Part shown: positions 21,996 through 30,851 of the stretch, piece after piece
How the letters are laid out: each line of letters starts with the position of its first letter
How positions within the stretch are numbered: the first letter of the stretch is position 1
The notes under the pieces: model-generated
Told to the model about the DNA's origin: nothing
What the model saw: only the letters and a program-made list of their open reading frames with translations
Databases searched by the model: none
Assembly: GCA_963709935.1 (NCBI GenBank)
Contig: CAVPYM010000012.1
Location: 110,761-174,760 of the forward strand
Source of the DNA: an uncultured Actinomycetes bacterium
GTDB lineage: Bacteria > Actinomycetota > Thermoleophilia > Solirubrobacterales > Solirubrobacteraceae
Direction: 5' to 3'
DNA: 64,000 nt
Program-made: the position numbers and the translations under genes

Positions 21996-22252
21996 GTGCA
22001 CAACTGCCGGTTCGCTCAGGCTCGGGCGCACGACCGGCAGTACTGCATGCCATGCGTGCACAAGTGCCGGCGATCGTGCGGGCGCACCTCGGTCCGGCAG
22101 TTGTGCACTCGAGCGGGAGCGAGCGCGCTCGCGCGACGCATGAACGAGCGACACGTCGACGACATCGATTCGTCCGGTGGTCGCTCGTTCACGTATGTGC
22201 TGAACCAGCGACAGATCGATCACCGCAGCCGCTCGAGTGGTCGCTCGTTCAT
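21996..22252. repeat. array of four hairpin-forming units in two tandem 60-bp pairs
   Basis: Pair A1 arms are 21996-22010/22034-22048 and A2 arms 22056-22070/22094-22108 (GTGCACAAcTGCCGG ... CCGGCAGTtGTGCAC, 23-nt loops). Pair B1 arms are 22140-22152/22180-22192 and B2 arms 22201-22212/22240-22252 (TGAACGAGCGAC ... GTCGCTCGTTCA, 27-nt loops). A perfect palindrome GCGAGCGCGCTCGC sits at 22119-22132. Confidence 0.85.
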
Positions 22253-22514
22253 GCGACCCCATCCACAAAGGCCCGGAACGAACGCGACAGCCCCACCAAC
22301 CGACCCCCTCAGACCTAAATCAGTGGGTACGGCGTGTCTGGTGTCGTCTTGGTGGCGTTGGTTGCCGTGGCGGCGCTCGCGGACGGTTGATTGGAGTGCG
22401 GGCGGCATGATCGGCGTTCGGGTATTGCGCTCGGGCCGCGGTCAGCGTGGATTTGGGGTCGCCGAGTTGGGCGGGTGCAGCGGGCTGGTCGTCGGCGAGG
22501 GAAACGGCGGGGTG

Positions 22515-23974
22515 TTACGGGGCGCCGAGCGCGTAGGCGGCGTGGTAGGTCGCTTGGAAGACGTGCAGGTGGCGGAAGCCGTCGGGTAGATGCACGATCG
22601 TTTGGCGTGCCGTGCGGGTGATGCGGGCGGGGACGCAGAACAGGATCTGGCGCAGCGCCTTGGCGTGGCGGCGCAGCGGCGTGCCTTCGGGTGCGTTGGC
22701 GCAGGCGCCGGCGGCGGGGCTGATGTCGCAGATCATCGCGGTGATGTTCAGCGCCAGCAAACAGCACGCGAGCCACAGGCGGTTGGCGTCCATGTTGCCG
22801 CTGGGGAGGTGTCTGAGCGGCTGGCCGAGCTTTGCGTCTTTGAAGCGCTCCTCGATCTGCGCGCGCTGGCGGTGGTAGTGCTCGACCATGGTCGTGGTCT
22901 TCTCGCTGGCGGGGATGTCGGTGACGATGAAGCTGTAGGCGTACGTCGATGCGAGCTGGCCGTCGAGGATCATCGCGAGCTGGTCGGCGGGGATCGTGCT
23001 GCGCCGCCTGGCCTTGGGGCTGCCGGCCTGGATGTCGGCGGCGCTGACGGCGACGCGACGCACGATCAGGCGCAGCGCCTCGTGCTTCCAGCCGTCGGGC
23101 GTGAACGCGGTCTCGGCGACCTGCGCGCCACGCATCCCGGTCGCGTCGGCCCACACATCCTCGCCGATCTCGCGCCGCGCACGCCACATCCTGGTGGTCC
23201 GCGACGCCGACAGCGTAAAGCGCGTCTGCTGCTCGCGCAGCCTCATCATCAGCTCGACCGAGTAGAAGCCGCTGTCGCCGCGGACGGTGACCTGGCCGTG
23301 GCCGGCGGGCAGCAGCATGGTGGCGCGGGCGATCATCGCCGCGGACTCCAGGGCGCTGATCCGCGCCTGGTTGCCGCCGACCAGCTCGCTCGTCAACGCG
23401 CGGCCGCGCTGCGCCCACGTCACGACGTAGGAGTTGTAGGCCAGCGCGCCTGTGTGGCTGCGCGCCGCGCCGTGCTTCTTGCGTCCGTAGACCTCGGTCT
23501 CGGCGCGTCGAGATCGAAGCTCACATCCTCGGCCCGGTCGCGCCCGACCTCGCAGTCAAGGCGCTCGCCGACGCGTGCCTGCGCACGCTCGATCGCGCGG
23601 ATGTGACCCGGCCCGAAGCGTCGCGCGAGCTGACGCGCCGCCGGCGCCGACGGCGTCGCAGCGACCGCTCGCAACGGCGCGCCCGCACGGTCGGCGCGAA
23701 CGTTCTCGACATCATCGAAGCAGTCCGCACCGGCGATCTGGCACTCCGCCAGCGAAACCGCGAACGCGCCCGCCGTCAGGCCGCGTCGCCGGCGCTTGAC
23801 CGCGCGCTCCGTGCGCGCCACAGCGAGCTCCGCGTCGATCAGCTCGACGAGTCTCGTGCGGCGCGCCAGCTCGCCGACGATCGCCAGCCCCGCGTACGGC
23901 GTCAGGTTCAGATCGTCAGCGCGAATCTCAAGCCGTCCGGGGCCCGTGGCATCGTTATCGGCGTTCACCCGCAA
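22515..23974 (-). pseudogene. IS1380-family transposase, reading frame broken near 23502
   Basis: Track ORFs 23420..23974 and 22515..23423 are the N- and C-terminal parts of one transposase. Restoring one nt at 'GAC GCG cc GAG ACC' gives a continuous '...SFDLDAxETEVYGRKKHGAARSHTGALAYNSYVVTWAQRGR...'. Confidence 0.8.
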
Positions 23975-24038
23975 GGTGACGCCACCTCACCGTCAGATTT
24001 GGTTCTCACACCCCGTAACCTGACAGTCGAGGCGGACG

Positions 24039-24066
24039 GAAAGCCCCGCGTTTGCGGGGCTTTTCC
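24039..24066. terminator. strong GC hairpin with T-tract inside the IS1380 end, upstream of tnp
   Basis: AAAGCCCCGC-GTTT-GCGGGGCTTT followed by TCC. It could insulate the transposase from read-through. Confidence 0.4.
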
Positions 24067-24130
24067 ATTTCCAGCCCGATCGCGTCGCCGCTCGCGGGCC
24101 GCACCCTCAGCCGCTACCCACTGATCTAGG

Positions 24131-24227
24131 TCAGATCAGTCGTTTCTGGCGGGGCTTCGCCACCCGCGGCGGCGTGAAAGTCCGAGGACGTTCCCTTCAG
24201 ATCAGAGATGCCGTTGGACGGACGCCG
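24131..24227. repeat. ~100-bp repeat, right copy, merging into the 48-bp array
   Basis: Inverted match to 21864-21963. It starts at the IS1380 target duplication, and its distal end is the first unit of the tandem array. Confidence 0.85.
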
Positions 24228-24515
24228 ACACCACCGCCAACCGGACCCCTCAGAGATGCCGTTGGACGGACGCCGACACCACCGCCAACCGGACCCCTCA
24301 GAGATGCCGTTGGACGGACGCCGACACCACCGCCAACCGGACCCCTCAGAGATGCCGTTGGACGGACGCCGACACCACCGCCAACCTGACCCCTCAGAGA
24401 TGCCGTTGGGCGGACGCCGACACCACCGCCAACCGGACCCCTCAGAGATGCCGTTGGGCGGACGCCGACACCACCGCCAACCGGACCCCTCAGAGATGCC
24501 GTTTGACGGACGCCG
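24203..24515. repeat. 48-bp minisatellite, six full copies plus a partial seventh
   Basis: Unit is CAGAGATGCCGTTGGACGGACGCCGACACCACCGCCAACCGGACCCCT, head-to-tail with no spacers. Copies 1-3 are identical. Copies 4-7 carry single substitutions. Confidence 0.95.
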
Positions 24516-24548
24516 GCCCACGAGACCCGGCTCACGCCGCAGATCGCG

Positions 24549-25736
24549 TCAGGCCGCGGCCGTCGCGGCGGGCTCGCGCTCGCGCTCGGCCACGTCCACA
24601 TCGCCGGCGCCGGCGACCGCGGCCGGCGGCCACGACGCCTTCAGCACGTACTCCGGCGGGCAGATGTCGCGGTAGTTGCCAAACGCCCAGCGGACCAGCC
24701 CGGGCGGGCTGATCGCGCGGATCGCCGGGGTCAGCAGGCGCGTCGGCGTGATCCGCCCGACCCAGTTCTGCACGCGCAGCAGCCAGCGGTACTGCCAGAG
24801 GTGATCGCCGGAGAAGGCGCCGTAGCGCGTCAGGGCCTGCTCGCGCGTCTGGCGCCGCTCGACGACGTCGACGAGCTCGCGCCCGAGCGCGATCCCGAAG
24901 TAGAACGCCGGCCGGATGCCCTCCGCCGTCGTCGGCAGGCAGTGCCCGGCGGAGTCGCCGACGAAGAAGATGCCGTCCTCGACGGCGGGGCGCAGCTGGT
25001 GGGGGATCCAGTTGCCCTGCCAGCGCTCGGCGGGGACGCCGACGTCGGAGGCGAGCTGCAGCGTCGGCGCCTTGACGTGGTCGCGCGGGTCGAACGAGCC
25101 GACGCCGACGCGTAGCTCGCCGTTGGCCGGAAACGACCACGAGTAGCCGCGCTTGACGTACTTCGGATCGATCCACAGCTCGAGGTCGTCCCCGCCGGCG
25201 TGGGGGTGGACCTCCAGTCCGCGCGACAGCCGCGCGTTGGGCGGCTGGACGTTGTCGCCGGCGCCGAGGATCCGCCGCCAGCCGAGCGCATCCACGATCA
25301 GCGGGGCGCGCAGGTCGCCGCGGTCGGTGTGCACGGTGAAGCCGGTGCGGCCCTCGACCTTCGCCGTCTCGAAGACCGCCGAGCCCTCCGACTGCTCGCG
25401 CAGCAGGTTGCAGATCCGGCGGTAGTCGAAGGTCGAGAAGGTGAACGGCAGCGGCCAGCGCTGCGTCCGCCCCGGCGTGTGCACGACGAGGTCGCCGAAC
25501 GTCTGCTGCACCGCGTCCATCAGGCCCATGCGCTCCAGCCACGCCGTCGGCGCGGCGCAGGCGCTCGTCTGGCGCTCGCCGATCTCGTAGCGGTCGATGA
25601 TCAGCACCCGCGCGTCCGTCCGCGCCAGCTCGCGGGCGACCGTCAGACCGGCAAAGCTGGCGCCGCAGATGAGCACGTCCCAATCTCCCTGCAGGGGCGT
25701 GCGCGCCTCGCCGCGCTTCGTGGCTCGAATCGGCAT
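24549..25736 (-). CDS. FAD/NAD(P)-dependent oxidoreductase (geranylgeranyl-reductase-like family)
   Basis: Track ORF trimmed to the internal ATG 'MPIRATK...'. Dinucleotide-binding motif 'DVLICGASFAGLTVARELA'. Confidence 0.7.
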   Translation of the reverse strand: MPIRATKRGEARTPLQGDWDVLICGASFAGLTVARELARTDARVLIIDRYEIGERQTSACAAPTAWLERMGLMDAVQQTFGDLVVHTPGRTQRWPLPFTFSTFDYRRICNLLREQSEGSAVFETAKVEGRTGFTVHTDRGDLRAPLIVDALGWRRILGAGDNVQPPNARLSRGLEVHPHAGGDDLELWIDPKYVKRGYSWSFPANGELRVGVGSFDPRDHVKAPTLQLASDVGVPAERWQGNWIPHQLRPAVEDGIFFVGDSAGHCLPTTAEGIRPAFYFGIALGRELVDVVERRQTREQALTRYGAFSGDHLWQYRWLLRVQNWVGRITPTRLLTPAIRAISPPGLVRWAFGNYRDICPPEYVLKASWPPAAVAGAGDVDVAEREREPAATAAA

Positions 25737-25876
25737 CGCGGCGGGATTGTAAAGCCGCGATCCGCTCCGGGCGGGCGGGCACGGCACTCCCGGCGCGCGG
25801 CCGGTCGCGATGCCCGGCGGTGGAGGTCGGGCGGGATCCCCCGATTGCCGCCCCGGAGCGCTAACCTCCCCCGCAC

Positions 25877-27376
25877 ATGACAACCATCACCGAGGCTGTA
25901 CCAGAAGCGAAGGTCGTCGCCGGATCCGACGGCCTGCTGCTCGAGATCGACGGGCAGATCGTTCCGAACTACGACGCCACGTTCACCCTCTTCGAGGAGG
26001 GCGAGGTCGTCACCGGCATCGTCGTCCGCATCGACAACGACGAAGTCCTCGTCGACATCGGCTACAAGAGCGAGGGGGTCATCCCCTCCAACGAGCTTTC
26101 GATCCGCAAGGCCGTCGACCCGCACGACGAGGTCGAGATGGGCGAGGAGGTCGACGCCCTCGTCCTCACCAAGGAGGATCAGGACGGCCGCCTGATCATG
26201 TCCAAGAAGCGCGCGCGCTTCGAGAAGGCCTGGCGCCGCATCGAGGCCGCCGCCGAGTCGGGCGAGCCGGTCGAGGGCACGGTCATCGAGGTCGTCAAGG
26301 GCGGGCTCATCATCGACCTCGGGGTGCGCGGCTTCCTGCCCGCCTCGCTCGTCGACATCCGCCGCGTGCCCAACCTCGACGAGTATCTGCACACGAAGAT
26401 CGAGTGCAAGGTCATCGAGCTCAACCGCTCGCGCAACAACGTCGTGCTCTCCCGCCGCGCCGTGCTCGAGGAGGAGCGCAAGGAGCAGCGCCAGGAGATC
26501 CTCGACCGGCTGCAGCCGGGCCTCATCGTCGAGGGCCAGATCTCGAACATCGTCGACTTCGGCGCGTTCGTGGACCTCAACGGCATCGACGGCCTGATCC
26601 ACATCTCCGAGCTGTCGTGGTCGCACGTCAACCACCCGAGCGAGATCCTCTCGATCGGCGACACCGTCGCGGTGAAGGTGCTCGACATCGACCGCGACCG
26701 CCAGCGCATCTCGCTGGGTCTCAAGCAGACCCAGGAGGATCCGTGGCAGCGCGTCGTGGACACCTACAACGTCGGCGACGAGCTCGAGGGCACGGTGACC
26801 AAGGTCGTCACGTTCGGCGCGTTCGTCGAGATCCTCGACGGCGTCGAGGGCCTCGTCCACATCTCCGAGCTCGCGCCGCACCACGTCGAGAACCCGCGCG
26901 AGATCGTCGCGCCGGGCGACGAGGTCAAGGTCAAGATCCTCGAGATCGACTCCGAGCGCCGCCGCCTGTCGCTGAGCGTCAAGCGCGTCGAGGGCCAGGT
27001 CCTCGAGCCGAAGATCCTGCCGCCCGAGGAGCTCGAGGCGACCGCCAGCGAAGAGGACGAGGCGCTTGCCCGCGAGCACGGCGCCGGCGATCTCGACAAC
27101 GTGCCGGAGCTGGGGCTGAGCGAAGAGGTCTTCGCCGGGAATCCCGAGCCGGCCGAGCCGGCTGAGGCGGCGTCAGAGGCCACCGACGCGCCCGCAGCCG
27201 AGACCGAGGCCGTCGAGCCCGAGGCCGAGCCGGCGGCCGCGACCGCCGCCGAGCCCGAGGCCATCTTCGAGCCCGACCCCGAGCCCGAGGCTGCGGCCGA
27301 GGAGCCCGAGCCGGTCGAGCCCGAGGCCGGCGACCCCGCGGCCGCCGAGGCCGAGGACGAGCCAGCCGCGACCTGA
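25877..27376 (+). CDS. rpsA: 30S ribosomal protein S1
   Basis: Four canonical S1 domains ('GTVIEVVKGGLIIDLG', 'GQISNIVDFGAFVDL', 'GTVTKVVTFGAFVEI') and an acidic C-terminal tail. Confidence 0.95.
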   Translation: MTTITEAVPEAKVVAGSDGLLLEIDGQIVPNYDATFTLFEEGEVVTGIVVRIDNDEVLVDIGYKSEGVIPSNELSIRKAVDPHDEVEMGEEVDALVLTKEDQDGRLIMSKKRARFEKAWRRIEAAAESGEPVEGTVIEVVKGGLIIDLGVRGFLPASLVDIRRVPNLDEYLHTKIECKVIELNRSRNNVVLSRRAVLEEERKEQRQEILDRLQPGLIVEGQISNIVDFGAFVDLNGIDGLIHISELSWSHVNHPSEILSIGDTVAVKVLDIDRDRQRISLGLKQTQEDPWQRVVDTYNVGDELEGTVTKVVTFGAFVEILDGVEGLVHISELAPHHVENPREIVAPGDEVKVKILEIDSERRRLSLSVKRVEGQVLEPKILPPEELEATASEEDEALAREHGAGDLDNVPELGLSEEVFAGNPEPAEPAEAASEATDAPAAETEAVEPEAEPAAATAAEPEAIFEPDPEPEAAAEEPEPVEPEAGDPAAAEAEDEPAAT

Positions 27377-27384
27377 CGCAGCCG

Positions 27385-27981
27385 TTGGCAGCGGTCCCCT
27401 TCGTCGGACTGACCGGGGGACTGGGAGCAGGCAAGTCGACCGCGCTCGAGGTGCTCGAGCGACTCGGCGCGGTGACGCTCTCCACCGACGCGGTCGTCCA
27501 CGAGCTGTACGCCACCCCTGAGCTGCGCGATGCCGTCGTCGCGCGCTGGGGGGCGGACGTGGCGCCGGGCGGCGTCGTCGACCGCGCGGCGATTGCGGCG
27601 CACGCGTTCGCCACGCCACAGGAGCGCGCCTGGCTGGAGGGCGAGATCTGGCCGCGCGTCGCCGCCCGGATCGCCGCCTGGCGCGCGGAGATCGCCGCCC
27701 GCGAGCCCGCGCCGGCTGCGGCCGTGGTCGAGACGCCGCTGCTGTTCGAGGCCGGCATGGAGGGCATCTACGACGCGACGATCGCCGTCATCGCCGACGA
27801 GGCGGTGCGCGCGCGGCGCGCCGCGGCCCGCGGTCACGTCGGCGTCGACACCCGCGCGGCGCGCCAGCTGCCGCAGGCGGAGAAGGCCCGCCGGGCGACG
27901 TACACGGTCCGCAACAGCGGCACGCTGGAGGAGCTCGCGGGCGAGCTGTCCGGGGTACTCGCGAGTTTAAGGGACCGATGA
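27385..27981 (+). CDS. coaE: dephospho-CoA kinase
   Basis: TTG start. P-loop 'GLTGGLGAGKST'. The rpsA-coaE neighbourhood is conserved. Confidence 0.85.
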   Translation: MAAVPFVGLTGGLGAGKSTALEVLERLGAVTLSTDAVVHELYATPELRDAVVARWGADVAPGGVVDRAAIAAHAFATPQERAWLEGEIWPRVAARIAAWRAEIAAREPAPAAAVVETPLLFEAGMEGIYDATIAVIADEAVRARRAAARGHVGVDTRAARQLPQAEKARRATYTVRNSGTLEELAGELSGVLASLRDR

Positions 27982-28625
27982 GCGCCCGCCCCATGACCAC
28001 CCGAGCCGTGTCGCAGCGCCGCGCGCGCAAAGCGTTTCGCCGCCGCCGGCGGCGCCGCGTGACGCTCACGCTCGGCATCGCGTTGCTCGCCGCGCTGGCC
28101 GCCGCGGTCGTCGTGCCGCGCCTGCCCGACGTCGTGCGCGAGCTCGCGCTGCCGCTCGCGCACGAGGACATCATCCGCCAGCAGGCCGACGCCAAGGAGC
28201 TCGACGCGTCGCTGCTCGCCGCCGTCATCTACGCCGAGTCGAAGTTCCGCGACGCGACGTCGCACGCCGGCGCGCGCGGGCTCATGCAGATCACGCCGCA
28301 GACGGCGCGCTACATCGCCAACCTGTCGGGCGGGACCGCGTTCGAGCAGGGCGATCTCTCCACGCCGCAGGTCAACATCTCCTACGGCGCCTTCTACCTG
28401 CGCTACCTGCTGCGCCGCTACGACCAGAACACCGTCCTAGCGCTGGCCGCCTACAACGGCGGCGAGGGCAACGTCGATCGCTGGCTGGCCGAGGCGAGCC
28501 TCTCCGAGCGCGCGTTCGGCAAGGAGCAGATCCCCTTCACCGAGACGCGCGAGTACGTCGATCGGGTGCTCGACGCGCGCGTCAGCTACCGCGAGAAGTA
28601 CAGCCGCGAGCTCGGCCTGGGCTGA
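27978..28625 (+). CDS. membrane-anchored lytic transglycosylase (SLT domain)
   Basis: N-terminal TM helix and SLT motif 'YAESKF...GARGLMQITPQTA'. Confidence 0.85.
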   Translation: MSARPMTTRAVSQRRARKAFRRRRRRRVTLTLGIALLAALAAAVVVPRLPDVVRELALPLAHEDIIRQQADAKELDASLLAAVIYAESKFRDATSHAGARGLMQITPQTARYIANLSGGTAFEQGDLSTPQVNISYGAFYLRYLLRRYDQNTVLALAAYNGGEGNVDRWLAEASLSERAFGKEQIPFTETREYVDRVLDARVSYREKYSRELGLG

Positions 28626-28699
28626 CCCGCCGTCGCCCGCGGCGGCGCCGGCCGCTCGCCACGGCTTGACCGCGCGCGCGGGCGGGTAGGGACCGCGCC

Positions 28700-30118
28700 A
28701 TGGCGGCGGGTGCCAGCGCGTTCTTCGGACCGCGCAAGACGATCGACGAGACGCTCGCGAGCACCGAGCTCGAGACCCACAAGCTGCGCCGCAACCTCGG
28801 CACGTTCGACGTCATCGTGCTCGGCGTGGGCGCGATGGTCGGCGCCGGGATCTTCGTCCTCACCGGGCAGGCCGCGGCGACGGAGGCGGGTCCCTCGATC
28901 ACGCTGTCGTTCGCCCTCGCCGGCGTCGTGTGCGCCCTCGCCGCGCTCTGCTACGCCGAGCTGGCCGCGATGGTGCCGGTCGCCGGCAGCGCCTACACGT
29001 ACACGTTCGCGACGCTCGGCCAGCTCGTCGCGTTCATCATCGGCTGGGACCTCGTGCTCGAGTTCACGATCGGCGCCTCGGCGGTCGCCGTCGGCTTCGC
29101 GGGCTATCTCAACGCCCTGCTCGACCAGGTCTTCGGCGTCACGCTGCCCGACGCGATCACCGCCCCGCCGGGCGACGGCGGCTCGGTCAACATCTTCGCC
29201 ATCGGGATCGTGCTGTTCGTCGGCCTGCTGCTGATCCGCGGGATCGGGATGACGGCGAAGGCGACGATCACCTTCGTCGCGGTCACGATCGCGGTCCTGC
29301 TGCTCGTGCTCGCGACCGGCGTCACCGAGGTCGACACGGGCAACTGGGGGCCGTACTTCCCGTTCGGATTCTCCGGCGTCGTCGGCGGGGCGGCGCTCGT
29401 GTTCTTCGCCTACATCGGCTTCGACATCGTCGCCACGACCGCAGAGGAGTGCAAGAACCCGAGCCGCTCGATGCCGATCGCCATCCTCGGCTCGCTGGGG
29501 ATCGTCACGCTGCTGTACATGCTGGTGTCCGGCGTCCTGACGGGGATCGCGCCATTCAAGCAGCTCAACGGCGACGCGCCGATCGCCGACGCGTTCAAGA
29601 GCCTGGGCAAGGACTGGATCGCCGCGATCGTCTACGTCGGCGCGCTCGCGGCGACGCTGAAGACCGTGATGCTGCTGATGCTCGGCCAGTCGCGGGTGGC
29701 GTTCGCGATGAGCCGCGATCGCCTGCTGCCCGAGCGGCTGGGTCGCACCCACGAGCGCTACGGCACGCCGCACAAGATCACGCTGATCACGATGGTGGTC
29801 GTCGCGGCGATGGCCGGCTTCGTGCCGCTGTCGACGCTCGCCGAGCTCGTGAACATCGGCACGCTGTTCGCGTTCATGCTCGTCGCGGCCGGCGTCCTGT
29901 ACCTGCGCTCGACCGACCCCGACCGCGCGCGGCCGTTCCGCACGCCGCTGTCGCCGGCGGTCCCGCTGCTGGCGATCGCCGGCTGCGTCTACCTCGCCGT
30001 CACGCTGCCGGCCGAGACCTGGGTCCGCTTCGGGGCCTGGATGGTGCTGGGGCTCGTCGTCTACGTCGTCTACGCGCGCGGATCGAGCCGCGTGGGCGAG
30101 GACCGCCGGACCGCGTAG
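28700..30118 (+). CDS. APC-family amino-acid permease
   Basis: 472 aa with 12 or more TM segments. 'GVGAMVGAGIFVLTG' signature. Confidence 0.9.
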   Translation: MAAGASAFFGPRKTIDETLASTELETHKLRRNLGTFDVIVLGVGAMVGAGIFVLTGQAAATEAGPSITLSFALAGVVCALAALCYAELAAMVPVAGSAYTYTFATLGQLVAFIIGWDLVLEFTIGASAVAVGFAGYLNALLDQVFGVTLPDAITAPPGDGGSVNIFAIGIVLFVGLLLIRGIGMTAKATITFVAVTIAVLLLVLATGVTEVDTGNWGPYFPFGFSGVVGGAALVFFAYIGFDIVATTAEECKNPSRSMPIAILGSLGIVTLLYMLVSGVLTGIAPFKQLNGDAPIADAFKSLGKDWIAAIVYVGALAATLKTVMLLMLGQSRVAFAMSRDRLLPERLGRTHERYGTPHKITLITMVVVAAMAGFVPLSTLAELVNIGTLFAFMLVAAGVLYLRSTDPDRARPFRTPLSPAVPLLAIAGCVYLAVTLPAETWVRFGAWMVLGLVVYVVYARGSSRVGEDRRTA

Positions 30119-30128
30119 CCTCACGGCG

Positions 30129-30797
30129 GTGCCCCGCCAGACCGCGACGCGCGCGCTCGCGCGGCAGCTCCAGCCGGCGGAGCTGCTCAAGCGCTACCAC
30201 CGGCGCACCCGCCGGCGCGTGCCGTGGCTGCAGACGCTTGTCCTGCTCGGGCTGGCGCCGCTGCTGTCGCTGATCTCGCGCGTGCGGGTCACGGGCCGCG
30301 AGAACATCCCGGACGGTGGCTACATCGCCGCGTCCAACCACCCCTCCACGCTCGACGCGCTCCTCGTCGCGCTGGCGCTCCGCCGGCGGATCCGGTTCAT
30401 GGCCAAGAGCGAGCTGTTCGGCGGACGCTGGGCGGGGCTGCTGAACCGGCTCGGCGCATTTCCCGTCCAGCGCGGCGTATGGGACGCCGAGGCGTTCGAG
30501 ACGGCCGCGACGGTGCTCGCACGCGGGCGGGTGATGAGCATCTTCCCCGAGGGCGGCGTGCACGCCGAGCGGGTGCCCGCGAAGTCCGGCGTCGGGCACA
30601 TCGCCCATCTGGCCGGCGCGACCGTGGTGCCGCTGTACCTCGACGGCACCCGCGCGCTGTACACGCCGTGGCGCTGGCCGAAGGTGCGCGTGGTCATCGG
30701 AACGCCGCTGCACGTCGAGCGGGACCCGCACCCGTCGCGCGAGCGGTCTCAGCAGACGGCGCAGCGCATCCTCGACGCGATCCACGCGCTGGCCTGA
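30129..30797 (+). CDS. lysophospholipid acyltransferase family protein (second PlsC-like)
   Basis: 'ASNHPSTLDA' (HX4D) and 'FPEGG' motifs. Confidence 0.8.
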   Translation: MPRQTATRALARQLQPAELLKRYHRRTRRRVPWLQTLVLLGLAPLLSLISRVRVTGRENIPDGGYIAASNHPSTLDALLVALALRRRIRFMAKSELFGGRWAGLLNRLGAFPVQRGVWDAEAFETAATVLARGRVMSIFPEGGVHAERVPAKSGVGHIAHLAGATVVPLYLDGTRALYTPWRWPKVRVVIGTPLHVERDPHPSRERSQQTAQRILDAIHALA

Positions 30798-30851
30798 AGC
30801 CGATCGAGGACACGCGCTGGCCGCAACCGCGGCTATCGTGGATCGCGGCCC

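Larger units (their letters stand above)
22314..24130 (-). mobile_element. IS1380-family insertion sequence (1817 bp) flanked by a TCAGA target duplication
   Basis: Terminal inverted repeats CCTAAATCAGTGGGTA (22314-) and TACCCACTGATCTAGG (-24130). TCAGA is present at 22309-22313 and 24131-24135. The transposase lies on the minus strand. Confidence 0.8.

Noticed and set aside
21757-22589. Track ORFs across the hairpin island (21757..22053-, 21915..22268-, 21977..22318+, 21996..22589+).
   Set aside because: They are mutually overlapping in both strands. Their 'repeats' mirror the DNA inverted repeats, and one runs into the IS1380 end. This is more parsimoniously non-coding.
24160-24195. GTGAAAGTCCGAGGAC inside the 100-bp repeat resembles the conserved GAAAGUCCGG of RNase P RNA.
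   Set aside because: The element is only ~100 bp, occurs twice in opposite orientations, and lacks the rest of the RNase P core (P1-P4 pairing partners). The similarity is coincidental.
24203-24515. Possible CRISPR array because of regularly spaced identical repeats.
   Set aside because: The 48-bp units are directly head-to-tail with no unique spacers. There are no cas genes or leader nearby. It is a minisatellite, not a CRISPR.
24126-24675. Track ORFs 24126..24521(-), 24197..24601(-), 24174..24389(+) and 24208..24675(+) encoding 16-aa repeat proteins.
   Set aside because: They exist only because a 48-bp (3n) stop-free unit is reiterated. Several frames are open simultaneously, none has the strong G/C third-position bias of real genes here, and none has a convincing start context.
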